A stretch of 63,289 nucleotides of DNA, filler included, from Atractiella rhizophila (GCA_021432655.1; 5 parts of 5 records of this genome joined end to end with filler, not necessarily neighbours in it), one strand, 5' to 3'. Positions 33,397 to 47,749 are shown, counted from the first letter of the whole stretch. Notes: generated from the letters alone by a model not told the origin. Numbers and translations: made by a program.

Positions 33397-36300
33397 CGAT
33401 CAGTCAAAGGCAAAAAAGGGAGAGGGGAATGGCAACAAACTTGTCAAGTATGTGACCACAGGATTAAATATAATCGCGGACTGAATGCGAATTGCAGACG
33501 ATAGGATGGTGCAACAAACGATGGTTGATGGTTCGGCAAATGAGAGTGTATAACTGATCGAAGCTGCTAGTGCTCAAAAACTACTAAGATGGTGAGGAGG
33601 GGGAACAGAGCTTAATACAGAGCATGGATGGAGCAAACCGAGGGAGAAAAAGGAAAATTAGACCTGACGACTTTTTATGTGATTTAGAAAAGGGGCCATA
33701 TTCCTTCCCGCCAGAGAGTTCCCACGACGTGTCACAACAACTCTAACCAATTGGCGATCATGATGTTTTGACCAAGTTTGTTGAGTTGATCGGTCGTCTG
33801 ACTACGACAATACATTCGAAGAGCGGATCAATGACCGCCGAATCCTCTCTACCAATGGCGAATCCATCTGTCACGATCGAAGGAGCGAGGGAGTAGACGC
33901 CAAAAGAGACGGGTCTAACCTCCGTCTCCTTCATTCGTTTCAAATCGAAACTGCCCTCTATCTCGATGTGTACTAGATTCTCTAAGATGGGAAGCTCAGG
34001 AAGTGGCGCGGATGCAGTAGGTCCGGGATTCAAGACCTTGGCACCGGCGCTGGACTCTGCACTGCAGAGTACAGGAGGAGGTTTCGTGATGGTTATCACT
34101 TGGTGAGGTGGTCTACCAATTCGGTCTGAATCTTTGGATGTGGCTGCATTTGAATCCAATAGAGGTAGAGTCATTGCCGTAGGAATGGGAGAGGGAAGGA
34201 TCCCTTCCGACATCGACTTGCCTCCAGGCATCGTATCTCGTAATTTAGCCACCGCCATCTTGATGAGGTTTCCTGATTTCGCCGTATCTGACCTCCCCCT
34301 CTTCGCATTCGTATCTGCCGCAGGAGCAATACCGGGCACTTCTGGTGGAGTAGCAAATCCAATTGTCTCCTCACTAGACAATTTGGACAGCTCGGTTTTA
34401 TTCTCAGATCGGATCAAATTATGTCTCTCCACCGAATGGGAGTAATTGGAACGGTTGGTTGAGCTCTTCGTGGAAGAGGAGACGTCGGAATTCCGAGATC
34501 TTTGAGATTCCATCGACTGCTTTAAGTTGTCTTGAGTTGTGGTGAAGTTCCACAAGTTGAGCGAGTGCTGGAGTTGTGGGTTGTAAGCATACTGCTTCTC
34601 CCCGGTCGCGAAGAAATGGTTGACCGTCTCCTTGGAGCACTGAGACTTGTGACCCCCCATGTCGTGGATCGTGATACTGGGCAAGGCGTGAGTTGCCGTG
34701 GACGTTGCGTTCTTCATCTCCGCCGCCATTTCTACTCTGCGGGCGCCTTCGCTCACAAAGCTGAAGTGATTAATTTGCTTCAGCTCCTTCCTTCTCCGAG
34801 CGCGTCGGAGGAAGAACATGATCATCCATCCAAAAATGCCTAAGCAGGCAGCTGCACCGACTACCGAAGTAGCAATAAGAGCATTAAGAACTGCGCGATC
34901 CTGACTGCCTGTGGTGGATGAACCCGGCTCCTTGACGGGATTCCCCCTTTCTCTGACTATGACGAATTCGGACGCAGGAGGAACAGGCGTAGGAGGAGCG
35001 GAAACATCTGGTGCTTCTGGAAATCCGTCATGAAAGATAGGAGTGTCGAGGGTTTGAGGCGTCCCGTCAAGCAGAGGAGATCGGAGTATAATGGGTGACG
35101 GGGTCGGTGGAGACAAGATGTCCAAGTTTGGTGCCTTGATAGAGGGCTGCTCGCTCAAAATCGAAGCTTTCTCGTTACTAAGATCGATCATTAGAAAATA
35201 CTCGTTTGTCAAAAGCGAGCAACTTGCATTCGAGAATCCCAGCTACGAAACTCTTCGAACAGATCGTCCATTCCCAAGCCAGCGAGTTCAGCCTTCTTTA
35301 CTTTAGCAATGCGCCGTCTGGTAAAAGCAAGGGAGGTAACGTTGACTGGACGAGTGAAGGATATGTCGGGGCTAATCCAGGACGACTCAGCTTCGTCTCG
35401 AGCGTTGGCTAGCCCACCTACCTTGCCAATGCCTTGGGCAAGCCAGCAAGACTAACAGAATGAATTAAGTCTGACTCTCGACCAGCGCTACAGAAAATAA
35501 TTAACCAATACCCGCTAGCAGTAAAACATCACGACAACTTACCCTTTCAAAACACTATCATCCCAATGCACCTTCTTTTTCTTTTTCAATGCTTCCGTGT
35601 TGACGCTCCCACCACTTCTTCCAGCAAGAATGCCATGCTTTCTGTTCTTTGCGGTATTTTGACCATGTACAGTGAAGGCATCGAACGAAGGCAACACCTC
35701 TGCATCCTCTTCCGCATCATCAAATCTTCCATCGTCGTCACCCAGCGTGACCTCGGATTCCGAGCGCGACAGAGGACCCTCAGTCAAAGCTTTAGCCGTT
35801 GCACTTACAAGAGCTTCTAGATGAGTATTCTTCTTTGGTTCGGAGAGTTGGGCGAGAGGATCGGTAGTGTTCACGGAGGCCATATCGGCGTTTGGAATTT
35901 CGGGAACAGCGAGAGCTCTGTCACTGAGCCAGGGGTCTTTGACTCCTGGAGGGTTCTTGTCTTTCCGAAAGCCTTGTTTGATGTCACCTTCAAACGGATT
36001 GCTCCTTTCGTCTTCCTTGCCCAAACTAGGAAGATGATGTTTCGTATCGGGGAAATCGAATGTTGGATTGGATTGAAATGATGGAAGCGGTAGATGGTTG
36101 ATATCGAAAGAAGGCATTTGACGGTCAGCTTGAAAATTTTTTGACGGCGCATTTGCATCACTCTCAAACGGATTCGTCAGAGGTCGCGCCTCGCTTCGCT
36201 TTGGAGACTCAGAAACACTAGCGAAAGAGATCGCCCTTTTCTGTCCATCGAGGCTTCTACTAGATTGGAGGTGGTGCAAAGATTGTTTTTGAAAGTCGGT

Positions 36301-38241
36301 TGCGGACGGAGTCTCAGTAACTTGGGGCGTGAGCACAGAGTTTACCACGGGATCGTCTGCCTCGACTCCTGTCGAGGCAGTCAAGCTGGTAAGAAATCGC
36401 CTCGTCTCCTCCAGAGAATTTCTGAAAACGATCCTTTCTTCCTTAGCAGAGCTAGTAAAGTCGGATCGTTTCCAGCCATGCGTGTCTGGCAACCGTTTAT
36501 CAGAGATTAGTTGATCTTGGTATACATCGACTGGCAATGTGTTGACCTCTGGGTAAGAGAAAATGTTGCTGTCAATTTGAGAAAGCGCTCCATTGTACAA
36601 TTTCGAGGTAGAGGGGAGAACCTCCGCAGCTTGATAGTCAAGGTTGGCAGATGAAAACACAATATACTTCGCGTCGGGGACTTGGGAAGGGACATCCTCA
36701 GATTCATTTTGATTCAGAGGAGAGAAGAGATCATTCGTGGGGGAGTCCATCACGCTGCTCTGGAGTGACGTATGATCGATAGCCTCCTGTTCAAAGCCGT
36801 CGATGAGGAGGTTGGCCGTGCTGGGAGAGAGATTGGTGTCCGTGCGGTTCTGATCCGCCATCACATTATCTTTCACCCCGATCATCTTCACTTTCAAGCT
36901 CCTCTGCTCCTCCCTTCCCTTCTTGTTAATCTTTCTGAAAGAATCGATCACGGTAGAGGAATGCTTTTTCGCTTTCTTAAGGGGGAGATGTCGGTTCGAC
37001 TGGAGATTGGCTACGAGGACTCTCCTGGTTTCGACAAAGAGGGGGGGATAACAATCTTCATCCGTTCTTCTCTTCCCATTCCTTCCTACGTTCCTGATTC
37101 CTGGCATAGTTGAGCACCTCTTCGTTTCTCCGTTATCTTCACTCTCCCCTTCATGTACATATCCCAATATCTGCCTCATTCCAGCGTCATGGAAGGTGCT
37201 GGAAGTTCCATCGAAAGGAAGTGGCCGAGAGAGCGTAGTAGGGCTCTCCTCAGATGGTGGGATGCCGGGGTGAAGCGAAGAAAGTTTGAAGGAAACTCCC
37301 AATGCGTCAACTGGGGCAAAAGAAGCAATCGTTGTGTCCTTGTGAGACGAAGCGGCAACGGAACGGATCATCGGTACTGAAAATGCTCCAACACCGGCAG
37401 GTTCTGGAGTAGCAGAATGGGAATCCTCGAGAATAACCATATCGTTCGTATTCGTCATCTTCTCGTCGCGTGAGGGAACGAAGGCAGAATCGGTATCAGT
37501 GGCGGCATGAATAGCGTGAGATAACTGATTTTGAGCTGTCTCGGAAGCGGAGTCTGAATCGATGGCAGAGAACGATAGACCCAGTCCCCTCCCGACAGAT
37601 TTCAGGGCATCTACAATGGGACTTGCGACATAGACAGTTGGGGATTCGGGTTCGAGGTGAAGCGGTCCCCGCGACTCTCCCATCCTGATACACGGAGAAG
37701 ATGGAGAAAGCATTCCCATGTCGCCCTCGACCGTGAAGTCCAGAGGATAATCGAAACTAAAAGATGTCGAAGGAGTAGAACGCGAGTGGAAAGTCTTCAT
37801 GTTGAAACTGCAACATAGCCCCACCGATCAGTCAAAGGCAAAAAAGAGAGAGGGGAATGGCAACAAACTTGTCAAGTATGTGACCACAGGATTAAATATA
37901 ATCGCGGACTGAATGCGAATTGCAGACGATAGGATGGTGCAACAAACGATGGTTGATGGTTCGGCAAATGAGAGTGTATAACTGAACGAAGCTGCTAGTG
38001 CTGAAAAACTACTAAAATGGTGAGTAGGGGGAACAGAGCTTAATACAGAACATGGATGGAGCAAACCGAGGGAGAAAAAGGAAAATCAGACGTGACGACT
38101 TTTTATGTGATTTAGAAAAGGGGCCATATTCCTTCCCGCCAGAGAGTTCCCACGACGTGTCACAACAACTCTAACCAATTGGCGATCATGATGTTTTGAC
38201 CAAGTTTGTTGAGTTGATCGGTCGTCTGACTACGACAATAC
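29384..38241. repeat. Direct tandem duplication, unit 4,428 bp (29384-33811 and 33812-38239)
   Basis: All paired ORFs are offset by 4,428 (e.g. 31111/35539, 30784/35212). The junction at 33812 has a 2-bp 'ac' microhomology. Confidence 0.97.
33758..37824 (-). CDS. Large low-complexity single-pass membrane protein, copy 2, C-terminus replaced at the duplication junction
   Basis: ORFs 35539-37824 and 33758-35212 are near-identical to copy 1. After PLFEC the frame crosses the junction into IVVVRRPINSTNLVKTS*. Confidence 0.65.
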
Positions 38242-39012
38242 TGCAATGAAGGATGATGAAGGACAAAGGACGCTCGCGACGAGTTCGAAGACAGACATAA
38301 AATTCGAACGAAGCTTGAAGATCCTCGTGGCACTGGCATGCAATGAAGGATATGGCATTTCTATCTTCGCTTCAAGGGGATTCGGCTTACATTAAGAGTT
38401 ACAGACAGTTACATGGCCTCAACTTTGGAGAAATGACTCGACCGTTATTGGGGGGATGGAGGTACCTCAAACGAGCTCGATCCTCCTGATCATTAACTCA
38501 ATATAAGTACAGGTTTCCCCTCGTTCTCGTCATGCAATTGTCCAGAAAGAAAGACATGGCAACAGAGAACAATTATGCTGCCTTTGGCCCCTTTGGCCTG
38601 CCGTGCCCCTAACACACCCTCCAAAACTACAACGAATTAGGTTTGCTCTAAAGTAAATATTACTATTCATATCGAAGAATGTTATTATAATTACGATCAT
38701 AGTCGGTGATCAGAAATGTATGAACCTTGCTTATCAGCAAGAAACTATGATCTTGGTAAAAAAAATCTTGTAAGCCTAATAAACTGGAACCGTTGGCGAT
38801 AAATGCTACGGTGCGCTACAGGTGCGAAAGGATAAGATAGTGAACGTATAAGGGAACAAAACCAACAAGTTGAATATTCACTGTGGAAGCTTGGCAAACC
38901 GTGAAACGACTAGCTAAACTTATCTCAATATATCAATCACAACGATGGCAACGGTAATAAGGAACGGGCAAAGAAGTCCGATAAAACACAGGGTTGAAAT
39001 TTAACGGCCTAA

Positions 39013-42000
39013 TCAATTGCTGGCCCCAAAGAGGAAGCACAGATCCTTCACGGAAAGCCTCCCTAACTCTGTTTCAAATATCGATCAATTATAATACAGA
39101 GAAACACGATGGAAGTCGAGACGCAACGCACTTTTGCCATCTCCTTCTCCGAGAGAATTCTGCACCAAACTTCTCTTACGCTCTTGGAGAGCCTTGATCT
39201 TCTCCTCCACACTGCCTTTGATTGAAATCCTGTTTACAACCACCGGCTTCCGCTGCCCTATTCTATGACACCTGTCAAATGCTTGCGCTTCGACCGCCTC
39301 GGACCATGCAAGATCGAAGTGAATGATGCGATTCCCTTTCGTCAGATTGAGACCAACCCCTGTAACCACGGCATGACTGATCCGTGAATAAGGATGGAAG
39401 GAAGGCATACCACCGCACTTTAAGGAGAGAAGCATGTATTTGACCCGACCTGTTTGGAAGGCTGCCACAGTTTTTGAACGCTCTTCAGCTTTCATATCCC
39501 CTCGATAATTGACGTGCTTCATGCCGTTTTCATGGAGGTAGGCTGAGAGCAGGTCGAGGCAGGAAGTCCATTGGCTGATGATAACGACCTAGGAGACTGT
39601 CGTGGGAAAGTCACCAAGTTTCCAGCAAGAACAAACCTTGTCGTCGGGATAGCTTGCCTCCCAAGACCGGAGTTGGGAAAGCATCCAAATCATCTTCGCA
39701 GACGGTAACATTTTATCTCCTCCATCGAACTTCGATACCATTCTCATAATCTCGTCTTCCGGCTGTTGCTTGCTGAAGGGTTTGTTTTCGTCTTCCGCCC
39801 TCAATTTCGTTGCGAAATCGGCCCCAGCCTGCTCAAGCTGGACCACTTCCGCAGCATTCACCTTCCTTTCATCCATTTCTTCATCCTCTGAATCAATGGT
39901 TTTCTAGTTTCAAGGTTAGTGTCGAGTGGACCCTGATTGGAGGAACTACCTTGTATTTTGCCTGTCTCTTTTCCGCCTTCTTTGATTTACCCTTCTTCTT
40001 TCTACTCTTCTTGCGCTTGTCATTTGGCAACCATTCAGCATCGGAGTCTTCGTCATCGTCAACAATGAAATCGTCCAACTAGGCAGTCAAGCCTGATCAG
40101 AACGGTATTCTTAATCAGATGAATTGCGCACTGTCCCGTCGTCAGACTCATACTCCTCCTCATCTCCAGAAACCTCCGCGTCTAGTCGCATAGCCTTCAA
40201 TCGCTTCTTCCCCAGCATGTCATCATGCGATGGTTCAAATGCCTCTACATTATAGCTGTGTTTCCGCAAAATGGGAAGACTGTTCCTTACGCATTCAGTT
40301 CCAGAGATGGTGGAGTGAGCAAAGTGCGCACTTGCAAGTAGGGCAATGCCTCTGATCTTCAGCGTACTTGATAGAGACCTCCTTCTCTGTGTCATTTACA
40401 ATGATGTCACTTTTCCAAATCTTCTCCAAACAGGAAGAGCAAAAGATATGGGCGCAAGGGGCGACAGCTTCTCAGAAGTAAGGGAAACGAATGGACAAAA
40501 AAGCAGGACAGTAACGAACCCAAACTGTCTTCAAGCGGCTCCCTGCAAACCGGACAAGCATCATAGATCTCGACGTCTGTCCCCTTCTTCTCAGCCTCCA
40601 TTTTCGCCTCATACTGTAAACAGTCAATTTACTACAATATCGGGGAAGAAACGAACTGACTCGGTCTCGCAGCGTCCGCTTCAGGAGGGTGACAAAATCG
40701 TATCCCTCATACTTCGCAGCTCGGGACACTTCAGCCTTCAATTCCTTGGGACTCAATGCATATGGGTTCATCTACAATCAATTAGTCGGATATCAGTGCA
40801 TCATATGGTAAAACGAACTTCTTCTGTAATAAGGCTGACAGAGACATCAGCAAAGTCAGATCTCCGTAGCACTGCTTACCAAGGATGGTTACACAGCTGA
40901 CGCAACCTTAGCAGCATAACGAGGACTTGGTGAAAGTTCTTGAGGACGGTTCCTTCACTGTTGGTACATTAGCACAATACAGTGATAGCACAATAGAAGG
41001 ACAAACTTGAAAAATTTGTTGAATTTGGCCTGCTCCTTCCTCGCTACAAAATCATAGAGCTGTAATTCTCTCTTAGTTGGTATTAAACTTTATCAGTAGG
41101 AGCCAACCTGTTGCTCGCCTTCACTGAATTCGACCTCGACATTTTCGATGGTTTTGGAAGGCAGCGTGAGACTACGCCGCACTCGTCAGGAATGCCTCCA
41201 CAATCTCAATTGCTCACATAGGTTTCCCCTCCAAAGTTGACGTTTTCTTCCTCCTAAACATGCAACTCTTGAGTAACACCTGGAGATGCTCCCCGGCCTT
41301 GTCAGGCCCCCATCCCGTCACGACCTAGATCACCCCAGTCCTCAACTTGTGGCACATAGATTCGGAAGAAGCCTCACATGATTTACAAAGTTGTTGTAAT
41401 CACTGTAAACGGGGAGTCGTATAAATTTGAGAAGGGGAAAAGCATCCATGACTCCGTTGATGAGCGGTGTGCCTGAAGGGTGGTCGGCAAATTGACTACA
41501 GCGAAGCAAACACCTTGCCTGACAGGCACCAACGATATTCTGCCTCCAATCCCCGTGTAATAGCTCTGGAAATTATGGAAGTTGGGGTTCGGATTTCATC
41601 TGGTGGGGTGTCAAAAAAAAAGGGACGAAGAAAGATATGAATGAAAACGCACGGGCTTCGTCTATCATTCATGCTGTCTAATTAGTTTCAACAAGCTGGA
41701 GTGATATCAATACGCCCACCGAGAACAACCCTATACCAGTCCATCTCAAGAAGGGGTCCAGCTATAAGATTCTTTAGTAAGTGGAATGTTCGGGGAAAAG
41801 AGTTGCTAACCCTTCATCGTCCTACGAGTCGCTAACCCTTCTCCGTTAACAACAAAATGGTCCAAGCCGTCACTCTTCTTCTTAGGCTTCTTCTTCGGCT
41901 TAATATAATTTCCCAAGTCATCGATACGGTCATCTGGCCATTGAGCTCTGACCCTTCATCCCCATTGTCTGCAAAAATTGAGAACAGACATAAAGGGAAA

Positions 42001-43493
42001 CAAACGTGTGATAATTGGTCAGGACAACGTCGTACTGTTTGAGCTCCTTAATCGTCTTCACTTTCTGTCCCGAGGAGTGGTAGATGAGAACCTCTAGGTC
42101 ATTCGCATACGTGTTGATCTCGTTCTTCCACTGTTCCAGCAAACCGAGAGGAGCGATTATTAACGTGGTCGCTCTCCTGGGGTCATCAGAAGGATTCTGA
42201 ACAATCAGCCCAATAGTCTGAACTGAAGACAATAAAACACGTTAGATTTCATGTAGTAAGAGATAAGAACATACTCGTCTTTCCCAATCCCATCTCATCC
42301 GCCAAAATCCCTCCTTTATTCCTACTATTCTCTTGGTCTACCATCCAGGACACTCCGAGGATCTGATGCGGCAGCAAATTCATCTCACTTCCTGGTAATA
42401 TAGTATTCTGATCCGGCAAGCCCAGTCTCTTCATCGCTTCCGCCACAGTAGTTCCTTCTCCTTCGAAATCCCCATCTGCTGCCTTTTTCATAAGGCTCTG
42501 TACGGCATCATTCTTCGTACCTCGAGTAACAAGTTCACTAGCCTCTTCTTGATGGGCATGATTCGCGTCGACTTTTTGCGTATATTGACGTGGCAAGGAG
42601 GCTCCACGAAATGCGATAGCTTTAGAACTATCAGTCGGTAATTGGTTTGAGGACGCGAAGGGTAGCGTAACACGGCCATCATGTTTGTTTTGAGGCACGA
42701 TGGACAGACGGTTGAGAGGGGAAGAATGGTCGATACAGGGTGGAGAGGAGCCATTGGCAGTGGGAACAAGGGGAGAAAACTGCTGACCGGAGGAAGGTTT
42801 AGCAAGTTTAGCAAGTTTCCCTACGTCATGGGGATGGTGAAGATTCGCTTTTGCGATGGAAACAGGGGTAGCCAGAGCGGCGTTATCTTTTTCGTCCTTG
42901 AAGGGAACAGTTCGATTGTTCGAGTTCGAGCTTCCTCTAGCTTCCTCGTCCCAATTCCATGTCTGCGGTTTCGACCAGTCGCTCTGTTCGAGCTTCGGCC
43001 TTCGAGGGGAGTTAGGGGAGAGCGCCCCAAGGGCGCCGTTTGAAAAGAAGGCAGGCGGCGGAGTGGATACGCGGTCCGTAGGCTCGACCTTGACTTTTCG
43101 CATTTCCATCCTCTCGTTGAGCTCCTCTATATCCCCCAAAGACAACACGCCGCCTTCCTGCTTCATCTTCAACTCTCTACCCACCACTTTCGCCTTCAAT
43201 GGAGACACATCTTCAGGTTCATCAACGTCCATGGCATCTAAATCAAACGGTTCTGATTTCGGCTGCCTTTCTTCGAGAGGATCAGGGGCAAGAGAATATG
43301 GCTCTAGGTCGATGGGTTCTTCTTTGATCTTTGGCTTCTTCTCTTTCCGTGTCGTTTGGGTAGTGGCGACAAGGAGTTCAGCTTCGTCCAACGTCCTCTT
43401 CTGCTTCCTTGTCCCTAATTGCGCCTGAGAGACACGAGCATTGCGAGCGACGGCGTGTGTGGGATGTGCGTGGATATGTGCCTTTGAAGACAC
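39013..43493 (-). CDS. SNF2-family ATPase with inserted Cys-rich (RING-like) segment, Rad5/Rad16/Ris1-like, multi-exon
   Basis: Motifs LLPHQILGVSWM, GGILADEMGLGKT, TLIIAPLGLLEQW, YDVVLT, LLRLRQLC, CPVCRE, PSAKM, ISQWTSCLDL, SLKCGG/VGLNLT and QAFDRCHRIGQ. The last exon is LGRLSVKDLCFLFGASN*. The start codon is unresolved. Confidence 0.92.
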
Positions 43494-43836
43494 ATTAGCA
43501 TATTGAATAAAGGCAATTAACCTGAACTTTCAATTATTGAATAAACGAAAAGAGAAACAATCCGATGTTCAAAAGCTCGACTTCAAGAATTCAGTCGCAG
43601 GACTCTTAGACTTTGAAATCACATAATGTTGAATGTTCGTTGTCCTTCACTCATCCGGGAAATTATCATATAAAATAAAGGTTCAGCTTCAACCACAAGC
43701 AGGCGTTCATAAGACAGCAGTCAATCACGCTGTGTCACAACTTGCGAAATGACTCAAAATCCCTTAACCAAGATTTAAAAAATATTCACCTCATACGCTT
43801 CAAAAGTCCCAAACCCGTCCTCTACACGCCGTCGCC

Positions 43837-43936
43837 NNNNNNNNNNNNNNNNNNNNNNNNNNNNNNNNNNNNNNNNNNNNTTAATTAATTAANNNNNNNN
43901 NNNNNNNNNNNNNNNNNNNNNNNNNNNNNNNNNNNN
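43837..43936. other. Artificial 100-nt contig spacer
   Basis: N44-TTAATTAATTAA-N44. Confidence 0.97.
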
Positions 43937-44745
43937 AACTCCAAGATCTCTTCTCGTCTATCCAGCTCGTGTTTGTGCCTCTCATCAATGTCGATGGCTA
44001 CCACTTTTCCTGGGAGGTGGACCGCCTCTGGAAGAAGAACCGCCAACCGTTGTCAGCGCCGTCGTGCATTGGCCTTGACCTAAACAAAGGTTTTGGAGCG
44101 CACTTCGCTCCCTCTACAACGTGCAGCGAAAATACTGCAGGCAGCGAACCTTTCGAAGCGAAAGAGCTCAGGGCGGTTCGGGACCTCCTACTAGACTCTA
44201 ATTATCGCTGGATTGGGCTATTGGATTTGCATTCCTTTGGGGAACATGTGTCATATCCATTTAGCTACTCTTGCGATCTCACTCCCAGAGACTCTGAAAA
44301 CCTTTACGAAGCTAGCCTGCGCACGTTTCGTCTCAGACAGAGAAGAATTCAACTAACATTTACTTTAGGTGCCGCAAGGAAAGCAAGCAAGGTCTACGGG
44401 AGGAATTTTGGGGCGAGGTCCGCATGTACGCACCACGCAAAAGGTGCAGTTCATTCCACTTGTTAGCTTATTGTTGGACACTTGTGTTGAAGAAGTCTAG
44501 CAGGGGAGAGCATAGACTGGGCTTATGAATCTGGTCTACGCTGGAGTTTCTACGTTGATCTACGAGATTCAGGAACATACGGCTTTCTGCTTCCGCCCTC
44601 AGAGGTTTGTTTTCCTCCTGCCTTTCTCATTGTGGGAGCTTACACTTTGCAGATCGTTCCCGCGGGTCGAGAAGCGTTGTCTATAATCGTGGAGCTTTCT
44701 GATTTCGCTCGTCAAAAGGAACAAAATAAGAAATTTGGGTTCTGA
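43937..44745 (+). CDS. ECM14: M14 zinc carboxypeptidase, Ecm14-like (5' part missing at contig edge)
   Basis: Motifs FVPLINVDGY..SW..DRLWKKNRQ, CIGLDLN, GSEPFEAKE, LDLHSFG, SIDWAY and DLRDSGTYGFLLPP. Confidence 0.8.
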
Positions 44746-44990
44746 TTTTAGGGTTAACAGCGGATCAAGCTGGAGGTGTAACTTCTCGGTGCGTAAGATT
44801 GGTCAGTGTCAGTTCTTGCAATGTAACAACATGTCCATTTGATTTGACTATAACATGATGGCATTGATAACAGGCTCAAATGAGGCCGCAGTCGGCGTAA
44901 AGGCTCCATGTCACACGTCCGTTTCCGCACTGCTTCTATTTTCTACCACTTTGCGACAAGTCCTGAGACGCCCGAGTGGAAATCTTTTGC

Positions 44991-47749
44991 TCATAATTCC
45001 AAGGCATAGTTTAAAGAGAAGCTATCTGCAGCCATCCGTTCGAGCTTGGCGTAATGCCTTTCGGTAAAAGGTATCAAGCTGTTAATGACATCAAGCGAAC
45101 TTTCAGTCTGTTTGGCGTGTTCAGTACTTGGACTAGTGCTTCCTAATGCAGCCTGCACTTTATGCCATGTAAATGTTTTTAGAATCGCATGCAAGATGAC
45201 TTGCGCAATGCCCGCCGTCCTGGTGTTGGTGTTCCAGTCTCGGACAAACTTCAGGAGCTGCTCCAACTGTTCCGGTGAGAGGGAATCGATGACGGCGTCT
45301 ACGTCCTTACTCCCCGTCAAGAACTCCACATCTTGCTCGCCCCGATGCCGCCAGACCAGAGAAAATAAGCGCAAAAGTCGAGGGCCGTTCTTCGTTTCCA
45401 TGGCGACAACAATGGCGTTCTTGTAGTCCTTGATGGCAAGAAAATTTGTGAACTCTTGCTCCCTAAATAACAAGTCAGAAATCACTAGAAAGTTGATATT
45501 TGGTGGACCCACTTCAACACATCCTCGTTTCGGGTTGCGATCTGCTCTTCTTCTTTTTCCTCAGTAATATCGATCCAGATGTTGAGCATGGAGTCTGCTC
45601 CTCCAGATACGACGGTCCGACGGTCACGGCTCGCTGCAACGCACCAAATCTGCACAGAATTGGATCAGCGTACTATAACATTGCAAAATGATACGTTACC
45701 TTATCGTAGTGATTGTCTAGTGTGCTCATGCAAGTCTCGTTTTCAGTCGACCAGACTTTCACGAGCCCGTCGGAGCCGGCAGAAACAAGTTGACGCGCAG
45801 AGAGCCAATCCACTTTCAAAAGGAATTGGTATGTCCTTCGAAGGTCTGTTCTTTGCGTTGGGTAAGATTAGATGGAGCGGAACCGGGCTGACCTTTAAAC
45901 AGGTCATGTCCTCAACATTCCATAATCTCACCGTTTTATCGCTGGATGAAGTAGCTACTTGACGACTATTTGGTCCAAACTTGACACTCCAGATACCTCG
46001 CCGATGACCTTTGAGTACACCTCGAAGTTCCGCTTGAATGGATGCTGGTGAAGACTTCGTCTTCGAACTATATGTAATTTGAAAAATTTTTGCCGTCTTG
46101 TCTTGTGAGCCAGTCGCCACAAACTGGTCATTCGCGGACATGTCGAGCGTATTTATATCTTTGTCGTGAACCTTTGTGGTGAGGAGAGACGAGAGGCGCG
46201 ACTCGCTCGGACCGTCTACGTCTGACAGATCCCAGAACTTGCAGGTGAGATCTTGACTCGCAGAAATGAAGAATGCGCGGTTTTGATGTGGAGCTGTAAC
46301 AGCACCAATGCTCTCGAGATGACCTTCGCCAAGGGCAATGCAGTGCCAATTGTTTTCTCCGATATGCGACCAGACGCGAACGGTTTTGTCCTTGCTACCG
46401 CTGATGATGAGTCGATGATCTGATGATTTGCTGAGCGCAAGAACTACGTCGGTGTGGCCAGCAAGAAAAGTAGCCTGGTGACTTGATGTCTCGTATACAC
46501 GGATAACATCGGAATTGGTTGCAACAGCGACATGGGTTTCAAAAGTGCTGCTGTCAGAGGGATTTGACGGACAAAGAAGGGTCAGGTCAACGATCTCGTC
46601 ATTGAAGCCGGCAATTTGTCTTGTGACAGGAAGTTCGGGTGAGTCTAGCCTGCGAGTGAAAATGTTATGGTCGATGTGAATGGTGGTGATTTCATTGGCT
46701 CTGTGGTTTGGACTTTGCAAAATTAACACATGCTCAGCACAACCCTTAGAAAAACTCACAACGCTTGAAGAATGGGATGTGAAGAAGCGTCTTCCACCTG
46801 TAGGAGAACCTTCGCTGTCTTAAGATCCCAGAAGCGCAGCTTTCCCGAATGGCCCGCTGTGTAAATCGAGTACGAGACTACTCCGTCCGCCAAAGCAGCG
46901 TTGGCAAAACCGCACGATTCTACAGATTCGTAGGCTAGAATAGTTTTGGACAGCCTGTATGGTTTCTTGCCCTTCGTGAACTCCCAGAGGTGCACAACTT
47001 CGTCCCGTCCTCCTGAAACAAGCCATTTGCCGTCCTCCGACGTGGACAGTGACACTGGTACGGAGACATGAGAGTCTATGACTTGCAGGCAAGAGCTCGT
47101 TTGCAGGTCCCATATACGGACTCGACAATCTGTTGCTGAGGAGTACAGCAAGGCTCGTGTGTCTGATCCATCATGCCGAAGATCTAAACATAACGCTGCG
47201 AGCGGCCCACCGTGGCCCCTGAAGACATGCGTGCAATGCCCTTGAGCTACATTCCACAATTTGACCATCCCGTCTGCAGATCCGGTTGCGAAAACGCCTG
47301 CTTCATGGGAAGCTGCAACAACGATGGGAGCGTCATGCGCGCGAGAGACGGTACGGTTTAATACGTAGGAGGCAGCGGAGGTTCCTACACTGAGGGAGAA
47401 AAACAGTAATGAAAGGGATTTGCACGCGATGAGTAGTCGAAGTTCTGTTGGGCTCTCTGAAACGATTGCGAAGGCGGAGACGTCAGAGGAATCCTTCATC
47501 TCAGTCAGCTTGCATTACTTGTAGCACGGACTGCATACTCCTTTGACTATGCCGATTCGTTCGCCATTTGTCAAGCTAGTGGCAATGACGGTGTCTTCCC
47601 ACGAGCTGATAGCGACATTTCCATCTGAGCTCAACCAGAGCTTGCCGTCGTTGAATATGGGTTGAATCGTCTTCTGGACCTTGAAACTGGATTATCAATG
47701 AACATTTTCTGCCTCAGATGCAAGCGGAAACTCACAATGCCTTGCTCAT
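44991..47749 (-). CDS. UTP13: U3 snoRNA-associated WD40 protein Utp13, multi-exon
   Basis: WD40 repeats (CTHVFRGHGG, GFNDEIVD, VHDKDIN, GHRRGIWSVKF) plus the Utp13 C-terminal domain (EQEFTNFL, VRDWNTNTRTAGIAQ, LIPFTERHY). Confidence 0.93.
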
